64,000 bases of DNA from the NCBI GenBank assembly GCA_051439605.1, contig JBFRWN010000047.1, forward strand, positions 21,169 through 85,168, read 5' to 3'. Below, piece by piece: positions 20,821 through 30,912 of the stretch. Positions within the stretch are counted from its first letter, which is position 1. Each line of letters starts with the position of its first letter. The notes below the pieces were generated by a model. It was not told the DNA's origin. It saw nothing but the letters and a program-made list of their open reading frames with translations, and did not search any database. The position numbers and the translations under genes were made by a program. The DNA comes from Synechococcus sp. (lineage in GTDB: Bacteria; Cyanobacteriota; Cyanobacteriia; Thermostichales; PCC-7336).

Positions 20821-20892
20821 TCCCTGTCCCCACAGCAACACTGGCCTGCTCCCTATCGATGTCGGCAAGTAGTGGGTTTCTGCCGTTCAAAG

Positions 20893-23800
20893 CTAGCTAG
20901 CGCAATCGAAAGCTGTGACTGGTGGGAACGAGTCAGCTGGATGTGAAATGCCCAGTTCGACAAACCCCTGCTGGGCAGCCTCTTGATGGGAGTTGGAGGG
21001 TTGCTGGGACGTCAAAGGGCTCAAGTGCCAATGGGCAAGGGCGACTTCGTAGGGCATCTGCAAGCGGTTCGCTGTACGCAGACATCGCCGCCAGAACTCT
21101 TTAGCTCGGTTGGGACGATGGGCAATGGCATTCCAACAGCCACGATGCAGCAGTGTACGGGGTTGACTAATGGGGAAGGCGGTGGCGTACCGAGCTTGCG
21201 CTAAGCAGGCGTTCAAAGCATCATCCCTCAGCTGAGGATCGGTTGGGGCCTGCGCCCATAGCGTCAAAAATACTGCTGTAATGCTGGCGTAGCTTTCCAC
21301 TAAATACAACACCACAGCCCCCAATCCATCCACAGAGCGTAATGCATCCAGAGCCAGTTGTCTGGCGGCTGCGATTTGCCCCTGACGGAGCCGGATTTGG
21401 GCCAACAGCGCTTGCAGGCGAAATTGCTCGCAGGCTAGGTCTCGATACTCGGTGTCCATCTCCATCGCCCGTTTTAGGAAAGGAACGGCGGAATGCCAAT
21501 TTCCCCGGATCAGATGAGTTTCAGCCTGCCCTAACAGACCCCATAACTGCATCTGTAAGTTGTCGCATTGCAGCCCCAGTTGATGGGTTCTTTGCCAATG
21601 GAGAATGGCTGTTGCGTAGTGTCCTTGCCAATGTTCAATCGCTGCCAGACTGGCTTGGGCCTCCCCCTCTCGATGGCGATCGCGGAGGTTGGCGAAGCTG
21701 TCACTGGCTTGTAAAGACAACTGCTTGGCGGTTCCCCAATTCCCAACAGAGCTGTAATAGGCCCCTAACACTAAATTCACCCAGCTGCCTGCAGTGGGGT
21801 CGGGGGTGGCGCTCAGTGTGTCGAGGGCCAAGCGAGCGTAACGGCGAGATAAGCTGTGGACGTTGTTGATGCCAGTCGCAAAACACATGTTGGCGTAGAT
21901 GCGAGCCAATTCGGGGGAAGGGCCTGCCAGCTCGGCTAAGTTGAGGCCGTGGAGAGTGGCGTAGGTGGCGAGCGATCGCTGGTTGCTGTAGTAATACACT
22001 TCTCCCAGATGGGAACAGGCAAGACTCATCTCTTTGAGACTTTGCACAGTGTGTCCTGACCTTAGGAAACGGAACCTTGACGTTCTGCGCTGCGGTTGCA
22101 GTCCGCTGCGGCGCAGGACTTGTATGAGGAGTTCCTGGAAAGATAGCAGAGCCACACTCCAAGGGGCTCGGGGAAAGTTCCGCCCCAGGATGGAGATACA
22201 GGTTTGCAGAGCGGTGCAACTGGCATTTAAATTTCCCAAGCCAACGTAGGCATCCCCCAGCTGACGGTGCCACCGAGCCCGGTGGAGAGAGATCGATCCG
22301 ATCGCGAGATCTGTCCCTGCATTCCCATCGCGAGAGCTAAGACTGCTCAGGGGGTGTTGATGCTCGATCGCGATCGCTTGCTCCAAAAACTCCACCGCTT
22401 CGGCATTGGCCCCGTTGCGTAGCGCTTGCTCCCCCGCTTGGCCTAAATATTGGATTGCTTTTGCCCAATTCTCGGCCCTTACCCAGTGGTAAGCCAAAAC
22501 GGAGGGGTCCCCCTCAGCCGCCCTAGAATTAGTTTCGAACCACACAGCTGTTGCTCGATGGAGGGCCCGCCGCTGCGAAAACACCATCAAGCTGTAGGCC
22601 ACCTCTTGGGTGATGACATGTCGAAATTGATAGCTTAAATCGGGTGCTGGTTGCACGAGGGTGGTGAGTTGCTGAGCAGAAAGGTCTTCTAAGCTTTGGC
22701 TCATGGAGCTATGGGTGAGCTGAACGGGATAGATATCCTGCAACAGGTCCACGAGAAAAACACGTCCTATGGCACTGGCGGTTTTAAGCACCAACTGTGG
22801 GGTAGGTTCTAGGAGATCGAGACGACTGACAATAGCTCCCCGAACGGTATTGGGGAGATCTAGTTGGGACCGCTTGTGGTGGTTTAAGGCCAAGTCGCAA
22901 ACAGGCCCGCGACGAACGAGCGCTCCCGTCACCTCCATTGACAGAGCCAGTTGCTCGCTGAATAACGGCTGCCCTTGGGATTTGTTGAAGATGGTGTGGA
23001 GCAGCCGATCGGAAATGGTGTCGCTTTTTAGGCAACTGCACAAAAGTTGCTGGGTCTCCTGTAAGGACAGAGTATCAAGTCTCAGATACAGGCTACTGGG
23101 AGCACTACACAGGGAACTGTAGCTTTTGGGGAGAGAGGCGATGGGACGAGTGGCGATCGCCAGAAGGAGGGAGGGTAACCGTTGCGTTATGGATGCTGCC
23201 AGCTGCCAAGAGGCTGAGTCCATCCAGTGGGCATCGTCCAACAAAATCGTGGTGAGCTTATTCGTCAGTCGATCGTTCAAAAGACCGATCAGTAATGCCC
23301 TTGTGTTGTCCGCCCGCACCTGCCCTTGCATAGTGCTGGTGACAGAATTGTCTGGTAAATCCAGTTCCAGAATGGGAGTCAATAGCGGTAGTAGTGGTTG
23401 CCAGTCTTCGCGTTGGCTGGTTTGTTGCAGTAAGTGTTGCTGTTTCTCCTGGGGCGATCGTCCCTCTAACTCCAACAGATGGCTGATGGGGGCTCTCCAG
23501 GCTCGATACGGCACTTGCCGTTCAATGCTGTCCCCGCCCCCTCTCAAAGTCTGAATGCCGCAGGATCTGGCCCGATCGTGCAGTTTTTGCAAGAGCTGCG
23601 ATTTACCAATGCCCGCTTCCCCCTCCAACAGGAGAACTCCCCCTTGTCTCTGACCGATCAGGGCTTGGACTGCTGCCTCAATTTGAGCCTGTTCGGTGAC
23701 CCTGCCCGCAATGGATAGATGGGTGGGGGGCCGATAGCTCGATTGGGTTTCTGTGCGATTGCTAGGGCTGTACACCGGTTGTGGTTCTTCCCAACCCTTG

Positions 23801-25215
23801 ATTAAGATCCGATCGTGCGTCTGGAACTGAAAGAGTGGGGCGGTGGCTTGGTAGGTGCGGCGATCGCACAGGATATAGTCGTTCGCACGATAGTGGATGG
23901 CTGCCTGCATCAGACGGGCGGCTAGGTTGATGGCCCCGCCAATGGTGGTGTATTCCTGCCGCTGGTGGTTGCCAACGGACCCGCAAAACGCTCGCCCCGT
24001 AGCCACACCAATTGCCCATTGTTGGCCCGCGCTCTGCAACAGTTGACGAATTCCCAGCGCTGTCTGCACCCCCCGCTCAGCATCGTTATCGTGGGCCATC
24101 AGGGGCAAACCAAACGCAATGAAGGCTGACGTTCCTTTGTCATCAGTGCTAAAGGCAAGAATCCCTTCGTAGCGTTTGGCCGTTCTTTGTAATCCCACTG
24201 CGATCTCCTGCAGGTGCGGCAAGAGTTGTTGCCTGCCCCAGTTGGGTAAGTGAACGAAAACGGCTGTCACTTGACGGAATTCTGCCAACCAGTTGCTTTG
24301 TCCTGCCTCTAATCGCGATAGCACGGTACTGTGCACGAACGATTTCAGGGCCGCTAACCCAGCAGAATTGTCTGCTGGGGGAAGTATCGTCTGTGTACTT
24401 GCGAAGTGGGTCGCACTGCTTTGAATTTCCGCAGGATTGCGGGGCCGATCGCTGCTGGTAGAGTTCGACGAACTGATGCTAGATCGTCCTTTTGGGTTGG
24501 CTTGGGGGAGTGTGCGTGAAGGATTTGAGGGCAAGGCCAGCAAAGACTGCAGCAGGAAATGGTTCTTCTGTAGCAGATGGCCGTGACTGTAGCGGCCGAT
24601 TATTGCATGTGCTTCGGCAGATAACACCACTTGGGTGGGGGCAGCTTGCTTAACCGTTTGTTGCAAGCGTTGAAGGGTAGTCCCTGCCATCACGCAGTGC
24701 CAGCGATCGCCAACGCCTCCAACCTGCATCCAGTTGACTTCGCCCACATCGATGCCAATGCGGAGGGAGATTTGCGGACTGTAGCCAAAGTCAGTCTGCT
24801 GAAGCTGGGTTGCTACGCGGGACTGAATGTCGAGAGCTACCGCTGCTGCACGATAGACGGAGGCGAGCGGTGTCGATGCGTTGCTCTCTTTGACAGCAGC
24901 TTGAACTGCAACATCTAATGGCCAGACCGCAACCAATGCGTCTCCCGCAAATTTCACCACGTCACCGCCGCGATCGATGACTGTAGCGATCGCCAGGTCG
25001 AACGTACTGTTGAGTAATTGAGTCAGGGTCTCAACCCCCTGCGGTCCTGTTTGGCTATAGTGCTCCGTTAAAGCGGTAAATCCTGAAATATCGGCTAGTA
25101 ACGTGACGCCATTGAAACATTGCTGAGATGCAACCAGCGGTTGTGGCTGTTGTGCGAGATGGCGCAGCAGCAGCTGAGGTACGTAGGTAGAGAGGGTGTG
25201 CGGTGCGATCGACAT
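20893..25215 (-). CDS. Class III nucleotide cyclase (two catalytic domains) fused to a STAND/AAA ATPase and TPR-like region; soluble adenylyl cyclase (ADCY10)-like
   Basis: LLADISGFT, VVKFAGDAL, DDKG, GVATGRAFCGSVG..EYTTIGGAINLAARLM; Walker A GEAGIGKS; Walker B LLDDAHWMD; GQPLF; FRH; helical C-terminus. Confidence 0.9.
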   Translation of the reverse strand: MSIAPHTLSTYVPQLLLRHLAQQPQPLVASQQCFNGVTLLADISGFTALTEHYSQTGPQGVETLTQLLNSTFDLAIATVIDRGGDVVKFAGDALVAVWPLDVAVQAAVKESNASTPLASVYRAAAVALDIQSRVATQLQQTDFGYSPQISLRIGIDVGEVNWMQVGGVGDRWHCVMAGTTLQRLQQTVKQAAPTQVVLSAEAHAIIGRYSHGHLLQKNHFLLQSLLALPSNPSRTLPQANPKGRSSISSSNSTSSDRPRNPAEIQSSATHFASTQTILPPADNSAGLAALKSFVHSTVLSRLEAGQSNWLAEFRQVTAVFVHLPNWGRQQLLPHLQEIAVGLQRTAKRYEGILAFSTDDKGTSAFIAFGLPLMAHDNDAERGVQTALGIRQLLQSAGQQWAIGVATGRAFCGSVGNHQRQEYTTIGGAINLAARLMQAAIHYRANDYILCDRRTYQATAPLFQFQTHDRILIKGWEEPQPVYSPSNRTETQSSYRPPTHLSIAGRVTEQAQIEAAVQALIGQRQGGVLLLEGEAGIGKSQLLQKLHDRARSCGIQTLRGGGDSIERQVPYRAWRAPISHLLELEGRSPQEKQQHLLQQTSQREDWQPLLPLLTPILELDLPDNSVTSTMQGQVRADNTRALLIGLLNDRLTNKLTTILLDDAHWMDSASWQLAASITQRLPSLLLAIATRPIASLPKSYSSLCSAPSSLYLRLDTLSLQETQQLLCSCLKSDTISDRLLHTIFNKSQGQPLFSEQLALSMEVTGALVRRGPVCDLALNHHKRSQLDLPNTVRGAIVSRLDLLEPTPQLVLKTASAIGRVFLVDLLQDIYPVQLTHSSMSQSLEDLSAQQLTTLVQPAPDLSYQFRHVITQEVAYSLMVFSQRRALHRATAVWFETNSRAAEGDPSVLAYHWVRAENWAKAIQYLGQAGEQALRNGANAEAVEFLEQAIAIEHQHPLSSLSSRDGNAGTDLAIGSISLHRARWHRQLGDAYVGLGNLNASCTALQTCISILGRNFPRAPWSVALLSFQELLIQVLRRSGLQPQRRTSRFRFLRSGHTVQSLKEMSLACSHLGEVYYYSNQRSLATYATLHGLNLAELAGPSPELARIYANMCFATGINNVHSLSRRYARLALDTLSATPDPTAGSWVNLVLGAYYSSVGNWGTAKQLSLQASDSFANLRDRHREGEAQASLAAIEHWQGHYATAILHWQRTHQLGLQCDNLQMQLWGLLGQAETHLIRGNWHSAVPFLKRAMEMDTEYRDLACEQFRLQALLAQIRLRQGQIAAARQLALDALRSVDGLGAVVLYLVESYASITAVFLTLWAQAPTDPQLRDDALNACLAQARYATAFPISQPRTLLHRGCWNAIAHRPNRAKEFWRRCLRTANRLQMPYEVALAHWHLSPLTSQQPSNSHQEAAQQGFVELGISHPADSFPPVTAFDCAS

Positions 25216-25406
25216 TGCGGTGGAACAGCCTGGATTCCAATCCCTGTATGACACTGTATTCCACCCCGGTTAAGAATTGAGAACGGCCATTTGAGAGATC
25301 TGCGATTGGTAACGAGTCGCAGTACAGTGACGAATAACGTTTCCAGCTAATGCTCAGGGAGGAGTACGAACTCGCATTCCGAATACGATTCATCAGGAGT
25401 ATAGAG

Positions 25407-25679
25407 ATGAGCGAAAGGCTTCTTTGCCCGATCTGTAACGTCACAATTGATGGCGATCTCGTGCAGTTTTCCCACGGAGGAGCAGGGACAAAGAGTCGTC
25501 TTTGGGCTAGAGTTTGCCGTCACGCCACTAAAGAGGGATGCATAAATGATTTTGGAAAGGGCGACGCGCAGTTTAGTGAGAATGACGATTTTGGCAAGGT
25601 AGAAACCCATGAGGAAGAGGTGCTGGAGATGATGAAGCAGTGGTTCAAATTTGAGGATGAAGACCCCATCCAGTCTTAA
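25407..25679 (+). CDS. Small Cys-containing hypothetical protein
   Basis: CAGGAG RBS before ATG 25407; CPIC...RLWARVC...GCIN (4 Cys). Confidence 0.75.
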   Translation: MSERLLCPICNVTIDGDLVQFSHGGAGTKSRLWARVCRHATKEGCINDFGKGDAQFSENDDFGKVETHEEEVLEMMKQWFKFEDEDPIQS

Positions 25680-25681
25680 CG

Positions 25682-26164
25682 CTAGACTCTCTCAAGCATG
25701 GCTTCCAGGGTGCTGACGAGTTTCAGACCTGACATCACGCCACTAGACAAGCAATAACGGTTTTTATCGGCCCGAAAGAAGCTTTCGTACCCCTGCCGTT
25801 TTTGGCTGTCCCCTAACACCCAGTAGCGGTGTACGAGGGTTGCTGGAGTCATCCAACCCTTCCCCTCCACGCGACCTAAATCCCCGTGCTGGAGCACAAA
25901 CGAGTAATCAGAGGCCCCTTCGACAACACACCCACGATACTCCAACAGCAGCGGGGCTCGATCGGTCTCTTCGGTAGAAAAAACCATCCGTAAAATGGCA
26001 TGAAACCACCGAGAGTTATCCCATTTCACCAAGCCTTGCCCGCTAAAAGATAGGGGGGATTCCCCTTCAACAATAAGATGGCCTTTCAAGAGCCAGCGCC
26101 CAGGTTCGATCAAAAACGAATGGTTCACGATGATGACAGGCTCCTGGGAATCATTTGCGGTCAA
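25682..26164 (-). CDS. Hypothetical protein (beta-barrel-like)
   Basis: 160-aa ORF; HSFLIEPGRW, GRVEGKGW and RYWVLGD resemble a conserved cyanobacterial hypothetical family. Confidence 0.7.
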   Translation of the reverse strand: MTANDSQEPVIIVNHSFLIEPGRWLLKGHLIVEGESPLSFSGQGLVKWDNSRWFHAILRMVFSTEETDRAPLLLEYRGCVVEGASDYSFVLQHGDLGRVEGKGWMTPATLVHRYWVLGDSQKRQGYESFFRADKNRYCLSSGVMSGLKLVSTLEAMLERV

Positions 26165-26427
26165 TCGGAATTCAAACAGTTAGGGGTCTGTAATTGACTT
26201 GCGCCGCGAGATTTCGGGCGGCAGGCTGACTGTATTTGCCAACCAACAGTAGTGTGCTAGCAAACCGCTAGCTAGTTGAGTATTCCCTGCATGCTCTGCT
26301 ACTCCTACTAAAGTTTGACAATCCCCAAAATATCCGCCTAAGGGAAATGGCGCCGTCCGATCGAGACAGTGCGATCGCTTCTTCGATGTCCGCTTAGGAT
26401 AAAGATGAAGAAACGTAACATCTACTG

Positions 26428-27084
26428 ATGCTGCTAGCCGATCCAGACCGCTCTAAACTCGACCCTTCAGATGACGCTCTGTTCTACGACTATCCCCGTT
26501 TTGTCACCCACGTTGACGATCAATTTATTCAGCAGTTAGCGGAACTGTATAGCCTAAAACTCAAACCCGGCAGTCGCATTCTCGATTTGATGAGCAGTTG
26601 GGTGTCTCACCTACCTAAAGATATGCAGTTTGAGGAGGTAGTAGGCCATGGCATGAACGAAGAAGAGCTGGCTCGGAACCCTCGCCTCGATCGCTACTTC
26701 CTGCAAAATCTCAACCAGCATCAACTGCTGCCCCTTCCCGACGGATATTTTGACGCCGTGCTCAATACGGTTTCCGTTCAATACTTGCAATATCCCGAAG
26801 CAGTGTTTGCTGAGATATGGCGGGTGCTCAAGCCGGGGGGAATTGCGATTGTTAGTTTCTCTAATCGCATGTTTTACCAAAAAGCAATTCAAGCATGGCG
26901 AGACGGCAACGATGCTAGGCACGTGAAACTTGTCAAAAGCTACTTTTCAGCAATTCCTGGCTTTACCGAGATCGTTGCAGTAGGCCGTCCTCAGTTTGGC
27001 TCCAAGACATTTGACTGGATGCAGCTGTTGGCCCCCTCCTCCGATCCGTTCTATGCCGTGATGGCTTGCCGCGCTGCTGTATAG
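26428..27084 (+). CDS. Class I SAM-dependent methyltransferase
   Basis: PRFVTHVD, LDLMSSWVSHLP, GHGMNEEEL, FDAVLNTVSVQYL, RVLKPGG. Confidence 0.9.
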   Translation: MLLADPDRSKLDPSDDALFYDYPRFVTHVDDQFIQQLAELYSLKLKPGSRILDLMSSWVSHLPKDMQFEEVVGHGMNEEELARNPRLDRYFLQNLNQHQLLPLPDGYFDAVLNTVSVQYLQYPEAVFAEIWRVLKPGGIAIVSFSNRMFYQKAIQAWRDGNDARHVKLVKSYFSAIPGFTEIVAVGRPQFGSKTFDWMQLLAPSSDPFYAVMACRAAV

Positions 27085-27244
27085 GCAACTCCAGTTAGCT
27101 TCTTCAGTATGATGCCTCGAGTCTGGCATCCATCCTGGAGCATTTTCAGGATCTCGGAGGAATTGGGGAGACATCGAGTGGGCGATCGCTCTAGGGGATA
27201 AAGCCACCGTAAGATGATTAGCGATCCCTAGACTTGATGCCTGC

Positions 27245-27985
27245 ATGTCTTCTTCCTCCGATCGCGCTAGTGAGAACCCAACCGATTTGCCTGAATTACC
27301 CGACGATTTTGCTGGGGCACTGGCTCAAGCCTTGCAGGCAGCGCAGGCGGCACTGGCGGCTGGCTACAAACGATTGCAAGTGGAAATTTTGGCCCCCGAT
27401 CTCAAGCCTGATGCCTTGGCCTATCCTTTTCACCAGCTGTTCGAACCACCGTTTGGATTTGCCTTCGCAGATGCAGGGGCAGCAGCTCTGGCTCAATATC
27501 GCTGGGAACAGCCTGATTGGACAATCTGCAGTATTAGTGAGGCCCAACGCCTTGAACCGACTTTACCGTTAATTTTTCCGATGCCGACGTTGGTGGAGAT
27601 TGAAGCGGTAGAACGCCTGTGCAATCTGCGCAACAGCAATGTGAGTTCCGATAAATCCAAGGATATCCCCACCCTGGCCATCAACCCTCAGTTGCAAGAT
27701 ACCGGCACTGCAGGAGTTGGCCTGTCTGGTCGTCGATTACGAGAACGGTTTATTTCTACTCTCGAGCCCTGCTATTTCCTACAATCCTTGGGAAACGGCG
27801 CGCTATTTCGCATGTTTCCTCACCCGTGGACCGTGTGGGAGCTATCAGAAGACGGGCAATATCAGCTAATTGAGACTCTGGAGTCGAAGCCTTCTGGCGA
27901 GCAATTGGCCCAAATTTTTGCGGGTGATGAAACCGAGACATTTCTAGGCGGTTTAAAACGATTTATTCAAGCATTGCAGAATTAG
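27245..27985 (+). CDS. DUF1995 family protein
   Basis: AALAAGYKRLQVE, FADAGAAALA..W, INPQL..GVG..RRLRERF..CYFL, ALFRMFPHPW. Confidence 0.85.
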   Translation: MSSSSDRASENPTDLPELPDDFAGALAQALQAAQAALAAGYKRLQVEILAPDLKPDALAYPFHQLFEPPFGFAFADAGAAALAQYRWEQPDWTICSISEAQRLEPTLPLIFPMPTLVEIEAVERLCNLRNSNVSSDKSKDIPTLAINPQLQDTGTAGVGLSGRRLRERFISTLEPCYFLQSLGNGALFRMFPHPWTVWELSEDGQYQLIETLESKPSGEQLAQIFAGDETETFLGGLKRFIQALQN

Positions 27986-28322
27986 TGAAAGCTATTACGT
28001 CCAAAACCGTTGCCTAGATTGAATTTTTCTACTTGGGTAATATCGCTATTCTGCGGTGACAAAAACTGAGTCTTTGGTTGATAGGCTCGAATATACATTT
28101 GACTCCTTATTGCTTGTCCATAGATGACTGATACAATTTACATGTGTGGATTTCTCAGCTAGGATTCCTTCCACCTCTTTGTCTAGACCATTTGACCTAG
28201 ATTGTTGCAACTATGTCCGTGTAATTGCAGTGCTATGTCCAGTCAAGAAAGAGACTAATTATTGACTAAGACCGAACAATGCTGAGACCAAATTTTGAAC
28301 TGATTTCCAGAAGGTGTGAGTT

Positions 28323-28670
28323 ATGCGCGTTCTTGCAGCACTAGCCCTAGGTAGCCTTGGGGCACTCGCGACAGCCAATATCGGGGCTGCGCAGATTCCT
28401 TTACACGATCAATATGATGATATTGCCTTCGGGCGTCTTGAACGGGTCCATCCTTTGATTTGGCCGGATATCGTCGTTAGTCGTCAGTACAAGCAATTTG
28501 AACAATTTAACCGCGACGTTTATAGCGAGCTGATTTACGATGCACCCCTCACTCGCACGGTTGATTTGGCCGACCCTTACACCTCAACGGTGGCCAACCA
28601 GTCTGGCTTCTATCGCGTCACGCTAACAGAGCCACCTTTAGAACTCTTGGAGACCGAGATACAAGAATAG
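28323..28670 (+). CDS. Hypothetical secreted protein
   Basis: Signal peptide (…IGAAQ); RTVDLADPYTS tail resembles a cyanobacterial conserved family; followed by a terminator. Confidence 0.7.
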   Translation: MRVLAALALGSLGALATANIGAAQIPLHDQYDDIAFGRLERVHPLIWPDIVVSRQYKQFEQFNRDVYSELIYDAPLTRTVDLADPYTSTVANQSGFYRVTLTEPPLELLETEIQE

Positions 28671-28707
28671 GCGCTCCCTTGCGGGATAGGTTGTGTTTCC
28701 ATTAATC

Positions 28708-28739
28708 ACAAACCGCTCTTATCAATGAGAGCGGTTTGT
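28708..28739. terminator. Rho-independent terminator-like hairpin
   Basis: ACAAACCGCTCT / AGAGCGGTTTGT 12-bp perfect stem, 37 nt after the stop codon at 28670. Confidence 0.75.
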
Positions 28740-29088
28740 TCTGCTGTTGCGGTTATACAGCGATTGTCAACTCTCATAAACTATTTCAGACATCTAGAAT
28801 CCTGAGTAGGCATAGAGGTTTGTGCCCCAAATACCCAAATTGAACTAGCGAAAGCTTCAGTGTTTGAAAAAGCTCTTTGTCAGCACTTGCATCTTGCCTA
28901 AGAACCCTCATGAATGAAATTTTCCTTGCTGGGTCATAAAATTTTGCGTTGTGGTTTTGAAAACATGCGGACTTCGGAATAGAGGTCCTGTGGTTACCAG
29001 AAAATTGAATGGCCAACTCCAGCACACTCAATCGCCATCTGAGGGGAGTTGAATCGATAAAATAAATACATCTATAGTTTCGATCGCC

Positions 29089-29367
29089 ATGTCAGCAATC
29101 ACCACCGATATCATCGTTCAAAAAATTGAATCCCAGCTTAATGCAGAGGTGCCTGCGATCGAAGATGAAAGCCATCTGCACGCCGGTCATATCGGTGCTC
29201 GGGAAGGCAGCCATTTTCGCTTGGTGGTAGTATCGCCTGACTTTGTTGGACTGACGATGGTGAAACAGCATCGGTTGATTTATTCAGCCCTTGCAGAAGA
29301 AATGCAGTCGGGCATTCATGCGCTGGCCCTGCAAACCTTTACCCCCGAACAATGGGCTGCTCGTTAG
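29089..29367 (+). CDS. bolA: BolA family protein
   Basis: DESHLHAGH, HFRLVVVSPDF.G..VKQHRLIY, IHALAL. Confidence 0.93.
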   Translation: MSAITTDIIVQKIESQLNAEVPAIEDESHLHAGHIGAREGSHFRLVVVSPDFVGLTMVKQHRLIYSALAEEMQSGIHALALQTFTPEQWAAR

Positions 29368-29580
29368 TCCCCTCAGCAAATGCAGGTGTGGCAGAAAAGT
29401 TCAGATTACATGATTTGGGAATGCAGGGCTCTCTGGGCTTGAAGCCCATCGGTTGAGATCGTCAGTACCGCCATTCTCAGATTGGACAGCTATACCTTTG
29501 CATTAAGTGCGAAATGCTTAGGTGGGCGAGTTGTTGACTGCTGAGCATTACAACTTTGTCTCATAGGTAAGGATGTCGTT

Positions 29581-30555
29581 ATGAAACGCTTGTGGCTCGG
29601 CCTTGGTGTGGCACTGCTGTTGGTCGCGGTCTTGGGATCTGTCCGTCTACCCAGTCTCTCTAACCCATCGACAGAACAAAGCTTTTCCGTTGCACTCATT
29701 GGAGATCTGCCCTATACCTTCGGACAAGAAGAACAGTTTCGACACCTGATCGCAGACATTAACCAGTCCGATGTGGCATTTGTGATTCACGATGGAGATC
29801 TTAAAAGTGGGTCTACCCATTGTTCGAACGAGCTCATTGAAGCTCGCAAGCAGCTGTTTGAATCCTTTACCAAACCCTTTATTTACGTGTTAGGGGATAA
29901 CGAATGGACTGATTGTCATCGCGACAATAACGGTGCTTACGATCCCCTAGAACGGTTGGATTACGTAAGGGCCTTGTTTACGGAAGGCGATCGCAGCATG
30001 GCCGTTCCCAGTCTCGCGCTAGAGCGCCAGAGTAGCGTTCCCGAATTCTCCCGCTACCGCGAAAACGTGCGTTGGGCGTACAACACGGTCTTGTTTGCCA
30101 CTCTGCACATAGTGGGCAGCAACAATAACCTGGGGCGCAATCCGGATGGCGATGCGGAATATCGCGATCGCACCGCTGCAAATTTGGCTTGGTTGCGGGA
30201 GACATTTGCGTTGGCAAAAGCGGGTGACTACGCTGGCTTGATGCTGATTGTGCACGCCAATCCGCTCTTTGAACTGCAGCCCGATGACCCTAACCGAACT
30301 GGCTTTAATGAATTTATTGCTGCCTTAGAGACGGAACTGTCTTCCTACAATCGCCCAACCATTTTGGTGCATGGGGATACCCACCACTTTCAAATTGACA
30401 AACCTCTGCCGCGTCGCGGTCCTGCTTTTCCCCATTTTACTCGCGTAGAGACCTTTGGTTCCCCCAACGTCCATTGGTTAAGAGCCACGGTCGATCCCGA
30501 CAGTGCGAATGTATTTGAATTTAGCCAAGAACTGAAACTCGAACAGGGATCCTAA
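29581..30555 (+). CDS. Secreted calcineurin-like metallophosphoesterase
   Basis: Signal/TM; IGDLPY, IHDGD, GDNEWTDC, VHGDTH. Confidence 0.85.
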   Translation: MKRLWLGLGVALLLVAVLGSVRLPSLSNPSTEQSFSVALIGDLPYTFGQEEQFRHLIADINQSDVAFVIHDGDLKSGSTHCSNELIEARKQLFESFTKPFIYVLGDNEWTDCHRDNNGAYDPLERLDYVRALFTEGDRSMAVPSLALERQSSVPEFSRYRENVRWAYNTVLFATLHIVGSNNNLGRNPDGDAEYRDRTAANLAWLRETFALAKAGDYAGLMLIVHANPLFELQPDDPNRTGFNEFIAALETELSSYNRPTILVHGDTHHFQIDKPLPRRGPAFPHFTRVETFGSPNVHWLRATVDPDSANVFEFSQELKLEQGS

Positions 30556-30912
30556 ACTCTCTTCAAGAGGATTGGGAAGTGGGGAAACTATTTTGCAGGG
30601 CGAGAAAAGATTTGCCACATCACAAACAGCGTAAAACTCAAAAATCCGATTGCGGTAACCCAATCCTGCCAACTGCCGGGAGAGGGAATGATCATGGGCG
30701 ATCGCCTAGTAACAACACAGGTGAATTATGGCAGGTACTTGGCAATTCTTTGCCAACAAAGACTTTGCTTGACCCGACTCCAGCGCTTCATATAACTGAC
30801 TACGCTCGCGAGTCGGGATGCGATCGCCACGAGTAGGTCGCTCCCACGGTGACGAGTTAATCTGAAAGTCAAAGTCTCGCATTCTTGCACTACCGGGTCG
30901 GAGAATTTCCTT

